A DNA stretch of 64,000 nt from Lingula anatina (GCA_051362555.1 CM120642.1:18104001-18168000), one strand, 5' to 3'. Positions 37,717 through 52,600 are shown, counted from the first letter of the stretch. Program-made: numbers and translations. Notes: generated by a model not told the origin, from the letters alone.

Positions 37717-38369
37717 TCGACATAAAAGTCAATCTTTTTTATATCTCGGAATTTCTCGAGATATGTCCGTAAATTTTCTTCCATTCAGTGGTTTGTTACT
37801 TTTTTAATGAAGCGCGAGTGGATATATTAGATCTGGAGACGAATGTATTTTATTTACATTCCCCCTTTAAAAAGTATAGGCACTAAATATCCCTTAACTT
37901 CATTCATGCATTGAATCTTGTAAATACTTCATGCCAACTTCATAAACATTATTCAACGTTATGAAATACGTGAATAGGTCAAATATTGTCGCGAAACACT
38001 GGGAATTTAAAATGGATTCCAATTGCTATTTTTTGTATTTTCTCGACATAAAAGTCAATCTTTTTTATATCTCGGAATTTCTCGAGATATGTCCGTAAAT
38101 TTTCTTCCATTCAGTGGTTTGTTACTTTTTTAATGAAGCGCGAGTGGATATATTAGATCTGGAGATGAATGTATTTTATTTACATTCCCCCTTTAAAAAG
38201 TATAGGCACTAAATATCACTTTACTTCATTCATGCATTGAATCTTGTAAATACTTCATGCCAACTTCATAAACATTATTCAACGTCATGAAATACGTAAA
38301 TAGGTCAAATATTGTCGCGAAACACTGGGAATTTAAAATGGATTCTAGTTGCTTTTATTTTGTATTTTC
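37717..38369. repeat. 326-bp tandem duplication (2 copies)
   Basis: TCGACATAAAAGTCAATC... starts at 37717 and 38043. The copies differ by scattered substitutions. Confidence 0.93.
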
Positions 38370-38539
38370 CTTCATGTCAACTTCGCATGCATACTCACTG
38401 TTTTACCAGATAGACATAAATCTGAACTGGAGTAACATGCTAGTATTCTGAGTGCCTAGACAGGGCGTGTATGCGGGTTCATTACCCCCCTAATTTAAAC
38501 GGTTTTGCATTAAGACAAGTGCAGGCCGTACATGTATTA

Positions 38540-38738
38540 GGCGTTTACTAGCACTACCCGCAGATCTTTTAGCACATATTAATCACCAAACCCAAGAATT
38601 AACCAGCACACCGAACAATTATTTAGCACCCACAAAGCGATACCTAGCACTAACTTTCATCCGTTCTGGTAATGCTGGTTAATTCGTGGGTTTGGTGGTT
38701 AATATGGATGACAGTGCTAAAAGATTTGCGTAAACGCC
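38540..38738. mobile_element. Harbinger-like MITE (~200 bp)
   Basis: tta-GGCGTTTAC...GTAAACGCC-taa ends, with internal inverted blocks GCAGATCTTTTAGCAC/GTGCTAAAAGATTTGC and CACCAAACCCAAGAATTAACCAGCA/TGCTGGTTAATTCGTGGGTTTGGTG. Confidence 0.75.
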
Positions 38739-41700
38739 TAATCTGTTTATAAGACCTGAAGTGGTTGTTACATTTCTTTCAAGAATCACGGTGCCCTCTA
38801 GTGCCCTTCCCCTGCAGCATGGAGAAAATTTCATAACTTTGCCCATGCCTGCAGTAAGACCTTGGTCCCGATAGGCCGATTCTTTTAGTTCGCTTTAATT
38901 GATTTACTCTATATAGTCTTTCTGCTGACTTCCCTCAGTTATTGTCTCTTTCAGTGGTACAAACAAGTAAATATCAGTAAATAATATAATACATAAGACT
39001 TTTGTACCGAGATATCTTGGAAACAATTCTTTTCAATTAGTAATAGTTGATAGCGCCTCTCAGGCAAATATTGTTCTACATGGTCAATGCAGTGGGACTC
39101 TCAAAAATATGTTCACGTTGGGTTTTGATTATTTCCAGGGTGCTTCACGGCCCTTCAGATAATATTTGCGACAACTCAAAATTGCCTACACGGTATGTAA
39201 CGGCAAGTGTAATGTTCGGACCATATGTCTTTACGTGAAGACGCGAAACCACACCTGAGCCAGTGTTAATCACCACTCGCTAGTAGCGTAGCGTCCCAGC
39301 CTCAAACTTGCACAGATGGTCAACAATCGTTGTGACGCGGACAAATTATAGTAAATTGAATAATTTCATCAAGAGCACTGGAGGAACGGGTGGTGAAAAA
39401 TATGCTCCGGGAAAGAAAACAAAGCAGCGACATTACAAACGCATGCGTCTTTCCGCGTCACCAGTTTTATGATTTTTCCAAACAAAGTCTTAAGCCTGCA
39501 AGGTTATTCGTTTTAAGCTAAAGCGACACGGGACATCTGTCGCAACCATGTCGGTTTAGCCAGGGGTGAAAGTTTTCTAAGGGTTTTCAGGACCTTTCCG
39601 GCTTTCAAAATTACTTTTAAATTGCGACAGCATAAGACGGGGGAGTCCACTCGACAATAGTGTGAGAAAAGTAACCGCGGCCTTTTTTTTTTTAAGGTGA
39701 GAAAGATAAGGCCCCGAGGGTGTATATTTCCGCGCTGCAAAGTATCTATGAATCAGCCAGTGCTGTCGAATCGGTGTAATCATTCAGTTTCTTAATATTG
39801 ATAAGGGGATTGTATATAAAAAGGGAAGCTTACTTGTCCCTGTTACGCCCGTTACATACTTGTTATACACGGGGCAGAACACCTACACGTAACCGCGCCA
39901 TAACTTCTTCAGGTAGACCCTGCCCCAACCCATCTTTGGCTATAATAAACAATGGCGTCTGTACATATAAACTTTGGTTCGAGTTTATTTGGGTTGGTAT
40001 CACACAAAAAATTGCGCATTTACTCTACTGTACTAGGGCGGTTGTTGGCCCTCGTCTCTTTTCGGTTAAACTTCCTATTCGAATTCTAGGAGTCAATTAT
40101 CTTAAACTGTCGAGAAAATAAAGTGCGAGAAAAGGTCACCAATTGCACGCAATATTTCACGTGTTATGCAGCGGCTTGTCTGCTCTTTCTCTCTTACATC
40201 CGCTGGTAACCAGAAAGTCGATTCCGGTGGACTTTTTAAGGAAATTGAATTAGATTTATAAAGGTAGAATCTATCACCTTGATAACACAAGTTCCCGGCA
40301 GCAAGGCGCAACCTTTCAGCGAAGTGAAATCGAGAAACAAAAAAATGTCTTCAATCAGTTGATTGCTACCTACGATGTATTTTCGCCGGTATCATTCCCT
40401 GTTAAGTGTAATGGCATTATGAGATGATAATGACGCAGCATTTGCCCTCGACAAACAATCGTCCTCCGATTTTGACGCTGACGGCCAGAAGAGTCTTTCG
40501 CGGGAGAGGAGGAGGGCGGTGGGGGGGGGGGGGGGGTGGCGGAAGGAAGGATATAAGAAAGGATAGTACTTGCTTATTCATATATCTTTTAATTTATCTA
40601 TTCATTTATCCAGTCTTTTGTCATTAGTTTATTTATATCATTTATGAAATTATTCATTTATTTTTCTATTTATCTAAATGATTTTAAAAGGGTGAAGATT
40701 TCGGTGCAAATAGGGACATATGACAGTTCATCTAGTGTGTCTTCTTTCCCTTTGTATAACTTCCATCAGGACCACAGATTGCTTTTTCACAGATATATCT
40801 CTGTCTAATTTTTAAATTTTTCTTCACTGTAGGCGAGGTGTTTTGTATGTTATTGATATCACCACTCAGCTGGTCTCTAGAATAGGGCACCCGTTGTACT
40901 GGGTCGAGGCTAAGTCCCCCATGTTGTTGCAGATTCGTGGACCCAACTGTATATACCGCTGTTTACATCTCAAGCAGACGATATTATACTTTTTTTTTGT
41001 AAACCTAGCTATTATACAAGCAAAGTAAACTTTTTGGCTGAAATAAACTACAAGTGTCATGCTTGTTAGATCTACACATGTTATTGTGATTTTACATTAA
41101 TTATATTGAACTTTTGGCCGAATAATGTTTTAACGAGTTATTTCGATACGTTAGGTGACGTTATAAAATTTGCCAAAATTCCAATTCTCGTATTAATCAC
41201 GAATGAGCATTTTATTTACAAAAAAAAGGCAAATTTTTCAGAGATAAGGCGCAAAAGTTTAGTATATGTTATGTGATTAGCAATAAGTTAATGACTTCAG
41301 TAAATAACTCTTAACACTAACTGAAAATAGCATAACTCATTAATTGCCAAAGATATCGACTTTTGATATTATACAGATGATAGAGAAAATAACCACTGAT
41401 TGTAAAAAACTCGAAAACCGGCTTTTATACAGATTTTTAGTAAAAGGAAGTGAAGCTGATTTTTAGCATGCAAGGCATGATATACGATAGATATCCGTCA
41501 AATTTTTAGTCTCAAAATGAGCAAAGATGGATAAGATTTAATGGAGACGCTCAGCGTCGAAACTGGGTATTGGCCGATTTGAAGGCAAAGACTTATGTGT
41601 AGATGAGATTGTGCACTTTCCATGAGTCTTCCATGCGCTTAAGACGTTCAACCCTCCGCGTGACCGGGGAATAAGAAGCGGGCATTAAACGTGCACTGAT

Positions 41701-42622
41701 AAACCTACATGCTTACGCACAGGTAAGACATGCTAAAGAAACCAAAGCAGACTGAGCATGTACATGTACCTCCAAGTCTCTTACAAATACTCGACAACGT
41801 GTTTTGTTTATATTGATCCAAAATGTGCATGCTAGTCAATGTGACACGGAGGAACCGGTGAGCACTTTACAGTAAAATTAACATAACAGGAACCGAGCGG
41901 TTAGAAACAGCACGAAGCAAAGGAACCTCAGTAGTGCTCTGCTGGCACTAACATGGCTTCCTTTTCTCAGCATCTAAAAGATCGTTTGTGTGCCAAACGA
42001 TCTATGTTTTTTTCCCGTTTTCCTCTGAGGCTGAGATATAGGAAAGTTTTTGTTTTTTTTAAATAAACAGCGACTGCCGCGTGAATCATATTTCTCAGCT
42101 GACGGTGTCTTATTATGTTTTTTCAAAGATTAGTATTCTTCAAAATAAAACAATTATTCCAAGAAAAATGTATAAAAATTTCAGACATACTAGCATACTA
42201 ACATAAAAAAGGCGTCCATTATGACCAGCTTGACAGACTCAAAATTCAATGGTGGACCTCCTCATTCATATTGCCCCTAACATAAAATACCCGGATGTAA
42301 TGAGGTTCTCTCGCTACGAACTTAATTCTGATTAAAGTGAGACCACAAGGCGGTTTTATTTATTAAGAAAAAATAAGACTAAGATCTAAATCCACTGTTA
42401 CACAGGGTTCGCTACCGCTTGGAGACCGAATTCGGGCCCACTCTCACGAATATGGAATTATAGGCCTATAATTAAAAAAAAGACTTCTATGTTCAAAGTT
42501 CAATCCCACTGATATAATAATGATTTGGTATTGACTGTGAAATATTCTCAAAGCCCAGCTTTGAATGAGGTACGGGAGAGCAAAAATTCCTTCCCCACGT
42601 GGATGCAACCCCCGTGTGACGG

Positions 42623-42764
42623 TAACCTCTACCAGGGCCGCAGTTATTATTCTGCAGACATTTTTGCTGAGACGACACAGTACAGAAATTAGCCATCTAT
42701 TTAACCAGGGACATATCTGATAATATCTAGTGAAAAAATAAATCTGTGGCCCTGGTAGAGAGTA
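42623..42764. mobile_element. MITE family B copy, inserted at the end of a family A copy
   Basis: CTCTACCAGGGCC/GGCCCTGGTAGAG TIR. GTGTGACGGT occurs on both sides. Confidence 0.8.
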
Positions 42765-42930
42765 GTGTGACGGTGTGGTCCCCTAGATACGGTAGATCAT
42801 TTCCCATTACTTTGTACAGGTGACATTCGCCCCCATATACTAACCCCTATACTCCGACTAACTCTAACCTGTACTGATCATATGGGACCCCAGACTTCCA
42901 TTCATAGGACTACCATTCATGTCACACCGG
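42765..42930. mobile_element. MITE family A copy
   Basis: GTGTGAC...GTCACACCGG ends and a core shared with 20196-20364. Confidence 0.7.
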
Positions 42931-44259
42931 TGAAACTATTTTCCACTTCTGCAATCACACTGTGCAGGAATACACACGCCAATTCTACATTTTAGTCAAG
43001 GTTAGGTAGGAGAAGTCCACTTAAATGATGAAGGTATGCGACCTGTTTCATAAACAAGTAAGAGAAGGATTAAGCCTTAGACAAGTAAATACTTCACTCT
43101 CGTGGCTTGATATAGCACAAGTTCCAACTTTACATCTGGGAATCTTGGCACAGGTCGGAACGGTCAATGAAGTCCCAGTTTACCAGTGCAGTCCCATACA
43201 GCTCAGCGGATGGCAATCTCTATAATTTTCTGCTTTGCAGTTTCTGCTATTTCTGCTTTACATATTCGTTATGACAGTCAGTTGACCATCTCTAAACGGG
43301 CTTATTTATTTATTTATTTATTTATTTATTTTTGCTAGGCGATAATTAAGTGAAGTTTCTGAACTTTATCACAATCTCGACTCTTCACATTGAAAACTGA
43401 TATCTAGAACAAATAATAGAACAAGCAAAATAAATAAATAAATAAAAATCACAATAAACTAAAAAATAATGAAGATCAAGTCCGCCTAATAACGTTCTGG
43501 CAAATTCATTTAAAAAACTGTCTACGATTAAAAGAGATGTCAAAATTGCAAGCTGCCGCGTGAGCCAATGGTACTCAATCATTTGGTTGGGAGGGTTATA
43601 AATCTCATCGTGAACACGGTCCACACTTCCTCAATGAAGCGGCCCGAGTTGACACACATCAAGTCGCGTGCCCTGCGCGCGCCCGTGACAGCAGACGGTT
43701 AAGTAGGCCCCGCTCTTACCCTCCAGCGCCTCGTCTTTGTCAATGGCTACTTGACTTCTGCATTAAATTTCCATAATTCCGGAATAATTAAGTCGGATAA
43801 TCAACCACTTGAATAAAAAAAGACACACAGCTATCGGAGACGCTCAGGTTGAAGTATAGAGCTCATCCTCGGCTTAATAGCTACTTTCCAACGGTTGATC
43901 CGCCTCTTAGCGGATTTCCCTCGCAAATTGCCTTTAATGACGGGGATTAAGAACCCCTGAATGATAGCGGAGCAGACGATCGCTAGTATGTTGAATCTGA
44001 ACAATAAACAATATGATACCGCTGCGAAGTTTACAATAGTGCATCAGAGAAAGACATCCAGGACGGGTGACAGATCGGGGGATGAAACTGTGATGAATTG
44101 CACGAAACATGAAAAAAGCACATCATGGATGTACTGAAATTGATACCTGAGCGGATTCATAAATTAATTTAATCCGAGTCATTTTTTAAAAGAGTTAACT
44201 TACAGATAATGAGCTCTCAATTTCAATAAAATCTGGCTTTTTCTGTGAGATCATTCGTT

Positions 44260-44268
<9 letters not shown>

Positions 44269-44307
<39 letters not shown>
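44269..44307. repeat. (CT)n microsatellite
   Basis: Direct inspection. Confidence 0.9.
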
Positions 44308-44310
<3 letters not shown>

Positions 44311-46383
44311 AGCACGCTGTTTTACATATCAGCGTTTCAAGTGATCCTGTAAGTCAGGCTCTTCAGGACCTGCTTTTCCTTCACGACAAATCAACGCTCA
44401 AGTGTGAACTTTCACAAATACCCATCTGCCCTTTTTCTTCATTTCTTTTTCAGCGTTGATCTCTTTTGCTTCATTGACCGCCGAGGGGGACATATAATAC
44501 GTGGTGCAGATGTACGGTTTGGACCTGAAGTGTCGTTCAAAGGACAGATACATTATATGTGTTTTATTCAACAATTGTCTACCGATGAAGTATAGATTTT
44601 ACTTTAAGCTGCAGGCATTTAGGTTGACTTGCTACAACGTGTATAATTCGTAATCTGATAGCTCACCAGATTTCAATTGTATTGGAGTCTCCCGGGAGCA
44701 TTATTTAGAATACTGAGCAGACGTTGTCAAATCGGGGGTAAAAATACATTTTTTTCTGACATTTCGAATGCGAATTTAGCAACAAAGAAAATATTGTGTA
44801 ATCTCCTGGATGTTTTGAATTCTGTTCGTTATTTGCGCTGGTTGTTGGGCTAATGCATCGCGCAATATGCTCTTATTCTCTTTCTCTAAATCTCGTCACT
44901 TCATTTTGTCGTTTTCTTTACCTTCAAATTAACGCGTTGAGCCGTAGTAATTGGTCATACAACATTACGTGTTTTACACGTTACTTGAAGTAAATTAGTC
45001 TTTAAGCTAAATATGTTCCTTTGTAATAATTTTCCCTCGCATCCAGTCCAAGTTCCAGAGATTTTCACCGCGATGTAATTGACTAAAATCGCAGAAAACA
45101 ATTAACCTTGAATCTGCGTTGGAAAATAACTCACTGTCTTGATACGGAAAGTTGCTCAAGGTTGTGATCATAAATATTTAAAGGTTCATGAACCACAAGG
45201 ATACATACGTCACCTAAAATACACGGAAACTGATAACGGCGATACACTTTCATGGCTAAAAAAAAGACAGCTTGGTTGGCTTGTCTGCCAGAGAATTTCG
45301 TGCACTCCCTCGAGAAAGCATTGTAACTCGTAAATGATTTTTTTCCATCATTGTCAGTGAGCGATTATTCATAGCTTCACACATGTATAAACCAGGAGTA
45401 TTTCTGTATCTGGTTTTTGTATGCTGTGTTCAATTTAAAACTTTCACTCTTATCCAAACAGTCCGGCTGATTATCGACTGCCACTTGTCAATAAACACTC
45501 CCGTTAGGGGCTATGTCATAAAATTATTTTCCCGAAAATCCCATCCAAAAGGATATTTTCGGTTATTTGATAATTCGAAGTCCTTCCTACGTTGAGCGTT
45601 GATTGAAATCCAAAAAGTAGGGGGCGCACATGTAAGGTAATGGATTACCTATTTATCTTTTATAATAGAAAATGGAATTTGGTGGAAATTAAATTTATAT
45701 CAAACAAATAAAAGGACCGTTGTAATAAAAATAGAAAAAATACATAAATATATATCCAAACCATAGCTGCCAAAATAAATATCAATGTGAAACCCTTTAA
45801 TAATCCAACCTGACTAATCTTTTATGTAAAAAATAGCTTCACGCCAATTAAATGGTATTGTAAACCTTTAACAATAACTATATGTAACATTACTTCTATT
45901 TAAAACATTCAAAATGGAACACGTTGTCTTATTACGAGGGGACAATGCATAACTAACACAGAGGCAATGGGCGGTATGTCTTCATTATTGCGTACGAATG
46001 CAATCACGCAACATCGTGAATATCACAGAGGTTTAATTAGTCAGTCACAGATACGGAGTTTACTGGAAAAACTAGATTCCTGCTGAAAACACTCATCCCA
46101 TTGTTTATTATCCATTTTCAAGTTTGATTTTCACTTCGTCCTTTTCATCAAAATTTTGGTCCTTATAAACTCATAATGCACTGTAAAAAACGCGACGTCA
46201 TTTTTTCATCCCCCGTCTCATCAGTCAAATAAACCAACGCATTATAGAAGGAAATAATTCTTAAATCACGAATTAAGCAACGTTTGAGCCTCTCCCCACA
46301 CATAAATAAAAAGAGAAAAAAATGTTCATTGACAAATGGAAACCATATCCAGCCAGTCAATACGAACTGGAGGACCGGTAAAC

Positions 46384-46565
46384 CAGCCCGTAGCCAGCAA
46401 TTTCAAAAGGGGGGGGGGGGGGTCCTTTTCTGAAAAAGTGGACCTTTTACCATGAAACCTTCGTGTGCCTAGCTAAAATGTTACCCAGAGGGGACTATTT
46501 CGCAGCAAAAAAAGAGGGGGGGGGGGGTCTTTTGAACCCCCCGAACCCCCCTGGCTACGGGCCTG
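46384..46565. mobile_element. hAT-like MITE (~180 bp)
   Basis: CAGCCCGTAGCCAG / CTGGCTACGGGCCTG inverted ends. Flanks GGTAAAC / GGTAAATC resemble a decayed 8-bp TSD. Confidence 0.75.
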
Positions 46566-49500
46566 GGTAAATCTGTATGATGGTGACATAAAGTGAGAAG
46601 AGAAGAACCGTCGATAGCCTATTCATCACACGACTTTTGGTCCATGTTCCCTGTGGTCTAACGCACGTGTTCAATGTACAAATAAAAACCCATCTTCTAG
46701 TTCCCGGAGGACCGTTTTATCACCTCGACATCAAATATGGTACACAATAGTCTCCTTGAAAGCGAATACTGCCATTAAGCCACATTTACTATGTCATTTT
46801 TCCACATTTACACATCCGTACACAAGTTCCAACTTCCATTAAAAACGTTAGCAGACTGCTCTATTGCACTCAAAGGTTGCCTTTGCTGTGTGTAGTTTCA
46901 GCGCATATACGCTATTATGCTGCATAATTATCCCCATTAGACAAGCCGTAGATAATATATCATGTATTACCGAGAGTCAGGGGAATCGGTACCTGGTACA
47001 CCGGGAACTGCGGTAGCGGCCATTCCCTTCATACAACTCTACCGGGGACTTGGGTTTAGCCAGAAAGAAGGCGAACTTTATACAATGATACAGCGAAATT
47101 TAATTAGCTGGAACAATTAAACACTAATTAAGAGCTCAAGTCGGCTGAGAATAAAGGCGATTTTCATTAAGCGTCTAAATGGAGTCCGCATCTTCAAGGC
47201 CCTATGTGGGTATTGCGTGCTGAGATAACATATAAACTCTATGCAATTTTAATGTAATTGGCACGAATTAAAGACTCGCTGGATTATTTTTCGAGCTTCA
47301 TAATGGATTTTTTTTATCATATTATTTTTTTTATTATAAGTAGTAGCCTCAGTCATATGATTTGTGATTTATTTAAATAATATTCGTAAATGTCTTTATT
47401 GTTCAAATGTTCGTAGCAGATGCCTCGTCTACTCTCAGAAAGAACACGGAAGTTGTTACACATTTTGGATACTCCAAAGTGACTATATTTTTATTGTCTT
47501 CAATCAGCACTGAGCGAAACATGTTGAAAGACAAAGAAAACAAAACGTTTCAATCCATCAAAATCATACACTGTCATTTTAATCAGTTTCGAATTGCTCG
47601 TTAGGGAAGAATGAAATAGTATTTAGGACTGTTTGAAGGAGTGTATGTCACCCGGCTTTTGACCCCTGTATTGCACCTTTAGCAAGCCGTCGATCCATCG
47701 GCAAACTGCCACCCACCACCTGTTCACGTAGTTGCTTTCTTACAATATCGGGATCCAATAGCTCTGCCAGATTATCCGCACCGCTGCACGCACAGCTCAT
47801 GAATATTCAATGAGGCCATGTGACTCAGAGCTAGCCCCCTGGTTGGCGGAATTGGAGCTGACAGGCAGAACGGTCTCGTAGTAGCAATAAAAGTTCATTT
47901 TCTTAGCTACAAGGAGTAATCTTTCTAATCGAAACAGGTGGTCGGTCGGTGTGACCGTGGAATCGTATGCACTTCGGGTGAAATAAACCCACAATTAATA
48001 TTATAGAGACAATCAGAAAATTGCAGAATGTCCACACATACGGACTTAGCTCTAACTGAAATATTAGGAAGAGGATCCAGGTTTTTGGAAGGTAAGTCGT
48101 CTCGTATATTTCAATAATCTTGCTATTTCACCCTATGGTCGCTGTTGTCAGTAATTCCAAAGAATCAGAATTATGCCTAATTGACTGAATATCACTTAAT
48201 TTTTTCCGATCCAGACCACCGTTTTCTGACGTCGCCCGCTTCGCTTATTAGTAGCTAAAATGATTGTTTCGATCTCAATTAATATACGACATGACATGAT
48301 ATCAAATATTTAAACTTCATGGCATAGAAATGTCAATTACGCGTTTTCTGACCTTCTTTCAATTAGGAAGCGTTCTGGGAAAACAAATTTAATTTCGAAT
48401 AGGAACGTGAGGATTCTTTTACACCTTTTAGCAAAATACAAGCGGCAGGGTGGGAATTTTTTCCATTGGTATTTGGCAGTAGTCGACACATTTTATTCCC
48501 AAATTTCTTGGGCTATGCATATGTTTGCACAGCCGTTGATGTGAGATCTGGACCAAGTTGAGTGCTTACTGTAGTCTAAGCGCTAGGTTCGCTTTTGCTT
48601 TTTAAGGCGTAAAGAACGCGTTCCTCTACGGCGTTAGACAGTTCTTAAAGGTCTCGCAGTCCTTTTGACTGCTGTATCCATAATACGACCAATATGGGGA
48701 TTTCGCTTGCTGTCATAGAGCACAACGTGGGGTAAGGTCATTTTATTATCATTCTTAGAAGGGAACCGAAATTATCTAAGGCGGTGTTTGGGGTGTAGGA
48801 TTACGCTCGTTGTGACACGGCAAGAGGAAAATGACATGTCTGCGGTCCTCGTAAATGATAGGATCATTCCCGTGGCGATAATTCACTGACAATAGGCTCG
48901 TGCCACCTGTCATCCAAAGAGACCGTACGGATATTTCGCGTACTGGCCGCTCGCGGCGTCGTACCCGTGCTGCTAGTTGCACAGGTAGCGGTTGGACGGT
49001 GTTATACCTGTGCTACTAGAATAGCGGTCTCTCAGGTGCTGAATCATATTTTTACCATAAATACTTGACATTTTGTGTGCAGGAAAACCATGCTTATGTT
49101 CACTTTGATGCGTTAAACAACTTTTTTGTACAGTGTACCGATGCAGTGTAAAGACAGAGTTAAAATGGAAAGTAAATGGAAATCATTTTGCGAACAATTT
49201 TTATTATTTTCTTTTGGGTTTTTACATGACTTCGGGTCTCAATGTGTACGTCTGGGCAAATATTAGTAATCTGATTATGAGGAAAATTTGATAATCTTAT
49301 TGATAGAGATGTCGGCATTGATGCCATTCTGTATAGTGACGCTGAGTCAACCTTGTCAGAAAGGACATTACTGGCGTCAGCACTGGAGAATGAAGACCTC
49401 TTAACCTCTATTATGTGTTATTGGATTAATGTGGTTTGTGGTTTGATGAAGTATGAACAAGTTTTATGTGGGCCCGCTGCAAATAAATATCTTCCGGACG

Positions 49501-49608
49501 TATCGCTGGAAAAGTCAAACATTTAGACAAAAACCTCCATATTTTCAAAATGTTGATATTGAGCGATATAGCCACACTAAGAAGTGATAATATCGCATAT
49601 ATTGCATA

Positions 49609-49634
49609 TTATATATATATATATATATATATAT
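49609..49634. repeat. (AT)n microsatellite
   Basis: Direct inspection. Confidence 0.9.
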
Positions 49635-52600
49635 CACACTTTGTAGATAAGATCCGTATCCACCGGACAGTTAAACAAGGAAACCAGTTTTGAAAAATTA
49701 AACACATTTACAATGATATCCCGACCACCATAGTGACCATATTATTATCTAAGCTAAATATGTAGAGAAGTTTTAATACTTTTTCGACATATCATGATCT
49801 GCTAATTCATATGGTAAACGTATTTTTGCTTCCTTCATCCCAGTGTGCCACAAAGTTTACAAACTATAGTCCCATTCACAACAAGAAAGAAGGGAACAAA
49901 GAATATTGGTTGTTCGAGAATTGGCCAAACAAGGCCGCTTTTATTATATAACCCCTCCATCCTAATCATTTCGTCATTGTAACGAATTGGTGCCTGTAAT
50001 GTGTTTTAAAAGACATGAATGGTAACACTCTCTGCTATGTACTGTCTCAAACAAACCATCTACAATGACAATCTTTTGCCTCCGAAATGCTCGCTGGTTA
50101 GACGATTAATAGGGGTTAAGTTTAATATTTTAAGGAAACATGCAAAAGACTTGCAATGCCTTTCAATTGATCCTGCTGAGTATAAAATGTTATAAGATAA
50201 TTTTTCATTTTTTTTCCTTTTCCTTTCTTGGTTTCTTTCTTTTCTTTCTTCTTCTCCCTTTTTTTCTGAGAAGAAATGCCATCCTCAGACTGTATTAACA
50301 AAGGACAAGTTTAAATGGCAAAGCCTATGGAGGCATTGTATTTCCCACTCAGGTCTTTCTGTTTGACATAAGATAGTTCAATGTTGCTGTTAACCTTCGA
50401 AAATAACTACCAGAATTTCACGTTTCACGTTTCACCCGATGCTATATTTTTGGAGAGTTCTGATGCATTTTTGTTACACAGAAGTTATTACGAGAGCTGT
50501 TAGAATAGCATGTTTTTTTAATTAAGTAAATGTGAAGATACAGATTTCTTAAGTCTGTTGGGATAAAAAAAATACAGTAATATTAGATTTGCTTTCTTTA
50601 CTGTATATTTTGTTGTAAAAAAATATTATTTCGTGGAGCGACGGAAAGAAGAGAGGCTGTAACGTCAAATGATACAGCCATACAAATTCAGTTAAATTAT
50701 AATGTAGATACAATATATTGTTCAACGACTAAACTTTCACTGCTGCATTTCGTTCATTTATTTATTGCTGCTTGTTTATATAGCGAACACAGACAAATCT
50801 ATGATAAGAAAAATAGACATTTTAAGAACAACAAGTTGCGAAAAGTGCCGACTGCAAATATGAACATTTTCACATTAGCAAACGGATATTTTGCTCCATT
50901 TGTGTTCATTCTCTTTTATGCAACTCAAGTCGCCCCCTAATTGCTCAAATGATGCACGAAATTAGGATATTAATCTCTTCCGAATATACTTATTACATTA
51001 TGTTCGCTTTCCGGGACACGATTTGTCTTCTAGAACATTATTCAACATGTCATAGTTAATGGACCGTTCTGTGCTTTTTTTTGACAATAAGTGTGCTCAG
51101 TTGCTGTAACCGTTGTTTGTTCTCGAAGCTCGTGCTTTTAGTTCAATTGACGACTGCGACAAAGAGCTTACATCTGTTTGACAAAAATCATTTGGCAGTT
51201 ATCGTCGTAAAGAGATATTTCATATTAACGAACAAATAGAGACACCGTCTTCTAATTAGAAGACATTTGACTGGAATTAATGAAACACTTTCTTTCTCAC
51301 GTTTGAGTCTTGCGATAGTGCTATCATAAGCGGGCTGGGAGCGTCTTAATTCCTGTAAATATATTATCTGAAAAATCATGGGCAATTATTTACCTGGGTA
51401 TAACTGTCATATTTTCATCTTGGTAGTAGAAAGCTGCATTTTCCCAAACATTCATATAGCGTTTAGAATCTTTTAATGACACTTTGCATGAATTGTTTTG
51501 ATACGAATTCAAACAATTCCATTTTTTTATTCGAAGAAATGCTTTGAATATTTTTTCAATTGGCAATGCTTAGTTGGTGCTGTGTTGTAAGTATCTTTTC
51601 ACATCTTCAAATAGACTGCCTATCAGACACGGTAAGAAAAAACTGAGCTCCACGAAGTGCCAACAACATTTAAAATAGGCGATCAAGTCATTCATTTTAT
51701 ACATCACTTACAAAGCATGACTGACTGAACAACTTCAGGGTGAAATGGATTCATATTAAACATGGATAATCAGGCTTTATATAACGCTCTTCAAAGGTTG
51801 CACTGAGGAAAATCTACATAAATCATTGTCGTGATTAAAAAAATCAAAATAGAAATATTTTCTCAGCAAAAGAAAAAAAAAATGTTATGTCTTATTCGCG
51901 AAATGATGGCATTTTGTACATATCCTGGTTCTAGTAAGCGCTAGCAACAATCAATACAATTGCAGATAATTAAGGTCAATTAAGTCTATCTTACTTGCCA
52001 AGTGCTGTCATTCATTTTAAGGAAATATAGAACTCGCACTGCGTTTGATTCTGCTAATTCGGTGGTTTGCCAATAATTTTGAAAGGCAGGGTTTCATATG
52101 CATATTCCAAGCGATACGTTTCATACTCTCTTCTACAACTTACTGCATTTATGTTTTGAATGAAATGATGATGAACTGCTATGACACAAAATTAAAGATA
52201 AGGAGAAGGTCGCCATTATATGCACGTATAAATTGTTTTAATTCATGTATTTTTAACGAACTGGGTAGAAGTACGTGCTTGAACATACCGGGACGTGACT
52301 CAGTTTAATCGTTTTCATATTTCAAATATCCGTATAAGTGTAAAATTTCTTAAGCAAAGCTAACTAGCGCACTTAACGCACAAAATCGGGGATGTCTTTT
52401 TTCAGTTAAAGCGGAACAATTGACAATGGAACCTACCGTCTGGAATATGTATAATGAATGACTGCATCTTTATTCAAATGAACCCACTTATACGTGTTCT
52501 TTATGATGAAAAAATATCTCATTTCTTCATCGACAAAGGTAATGAATGAAGTTTGTTTCATAAATCCTTTTAACAAATCAGCGTTAAATCTAGGCTTTTT

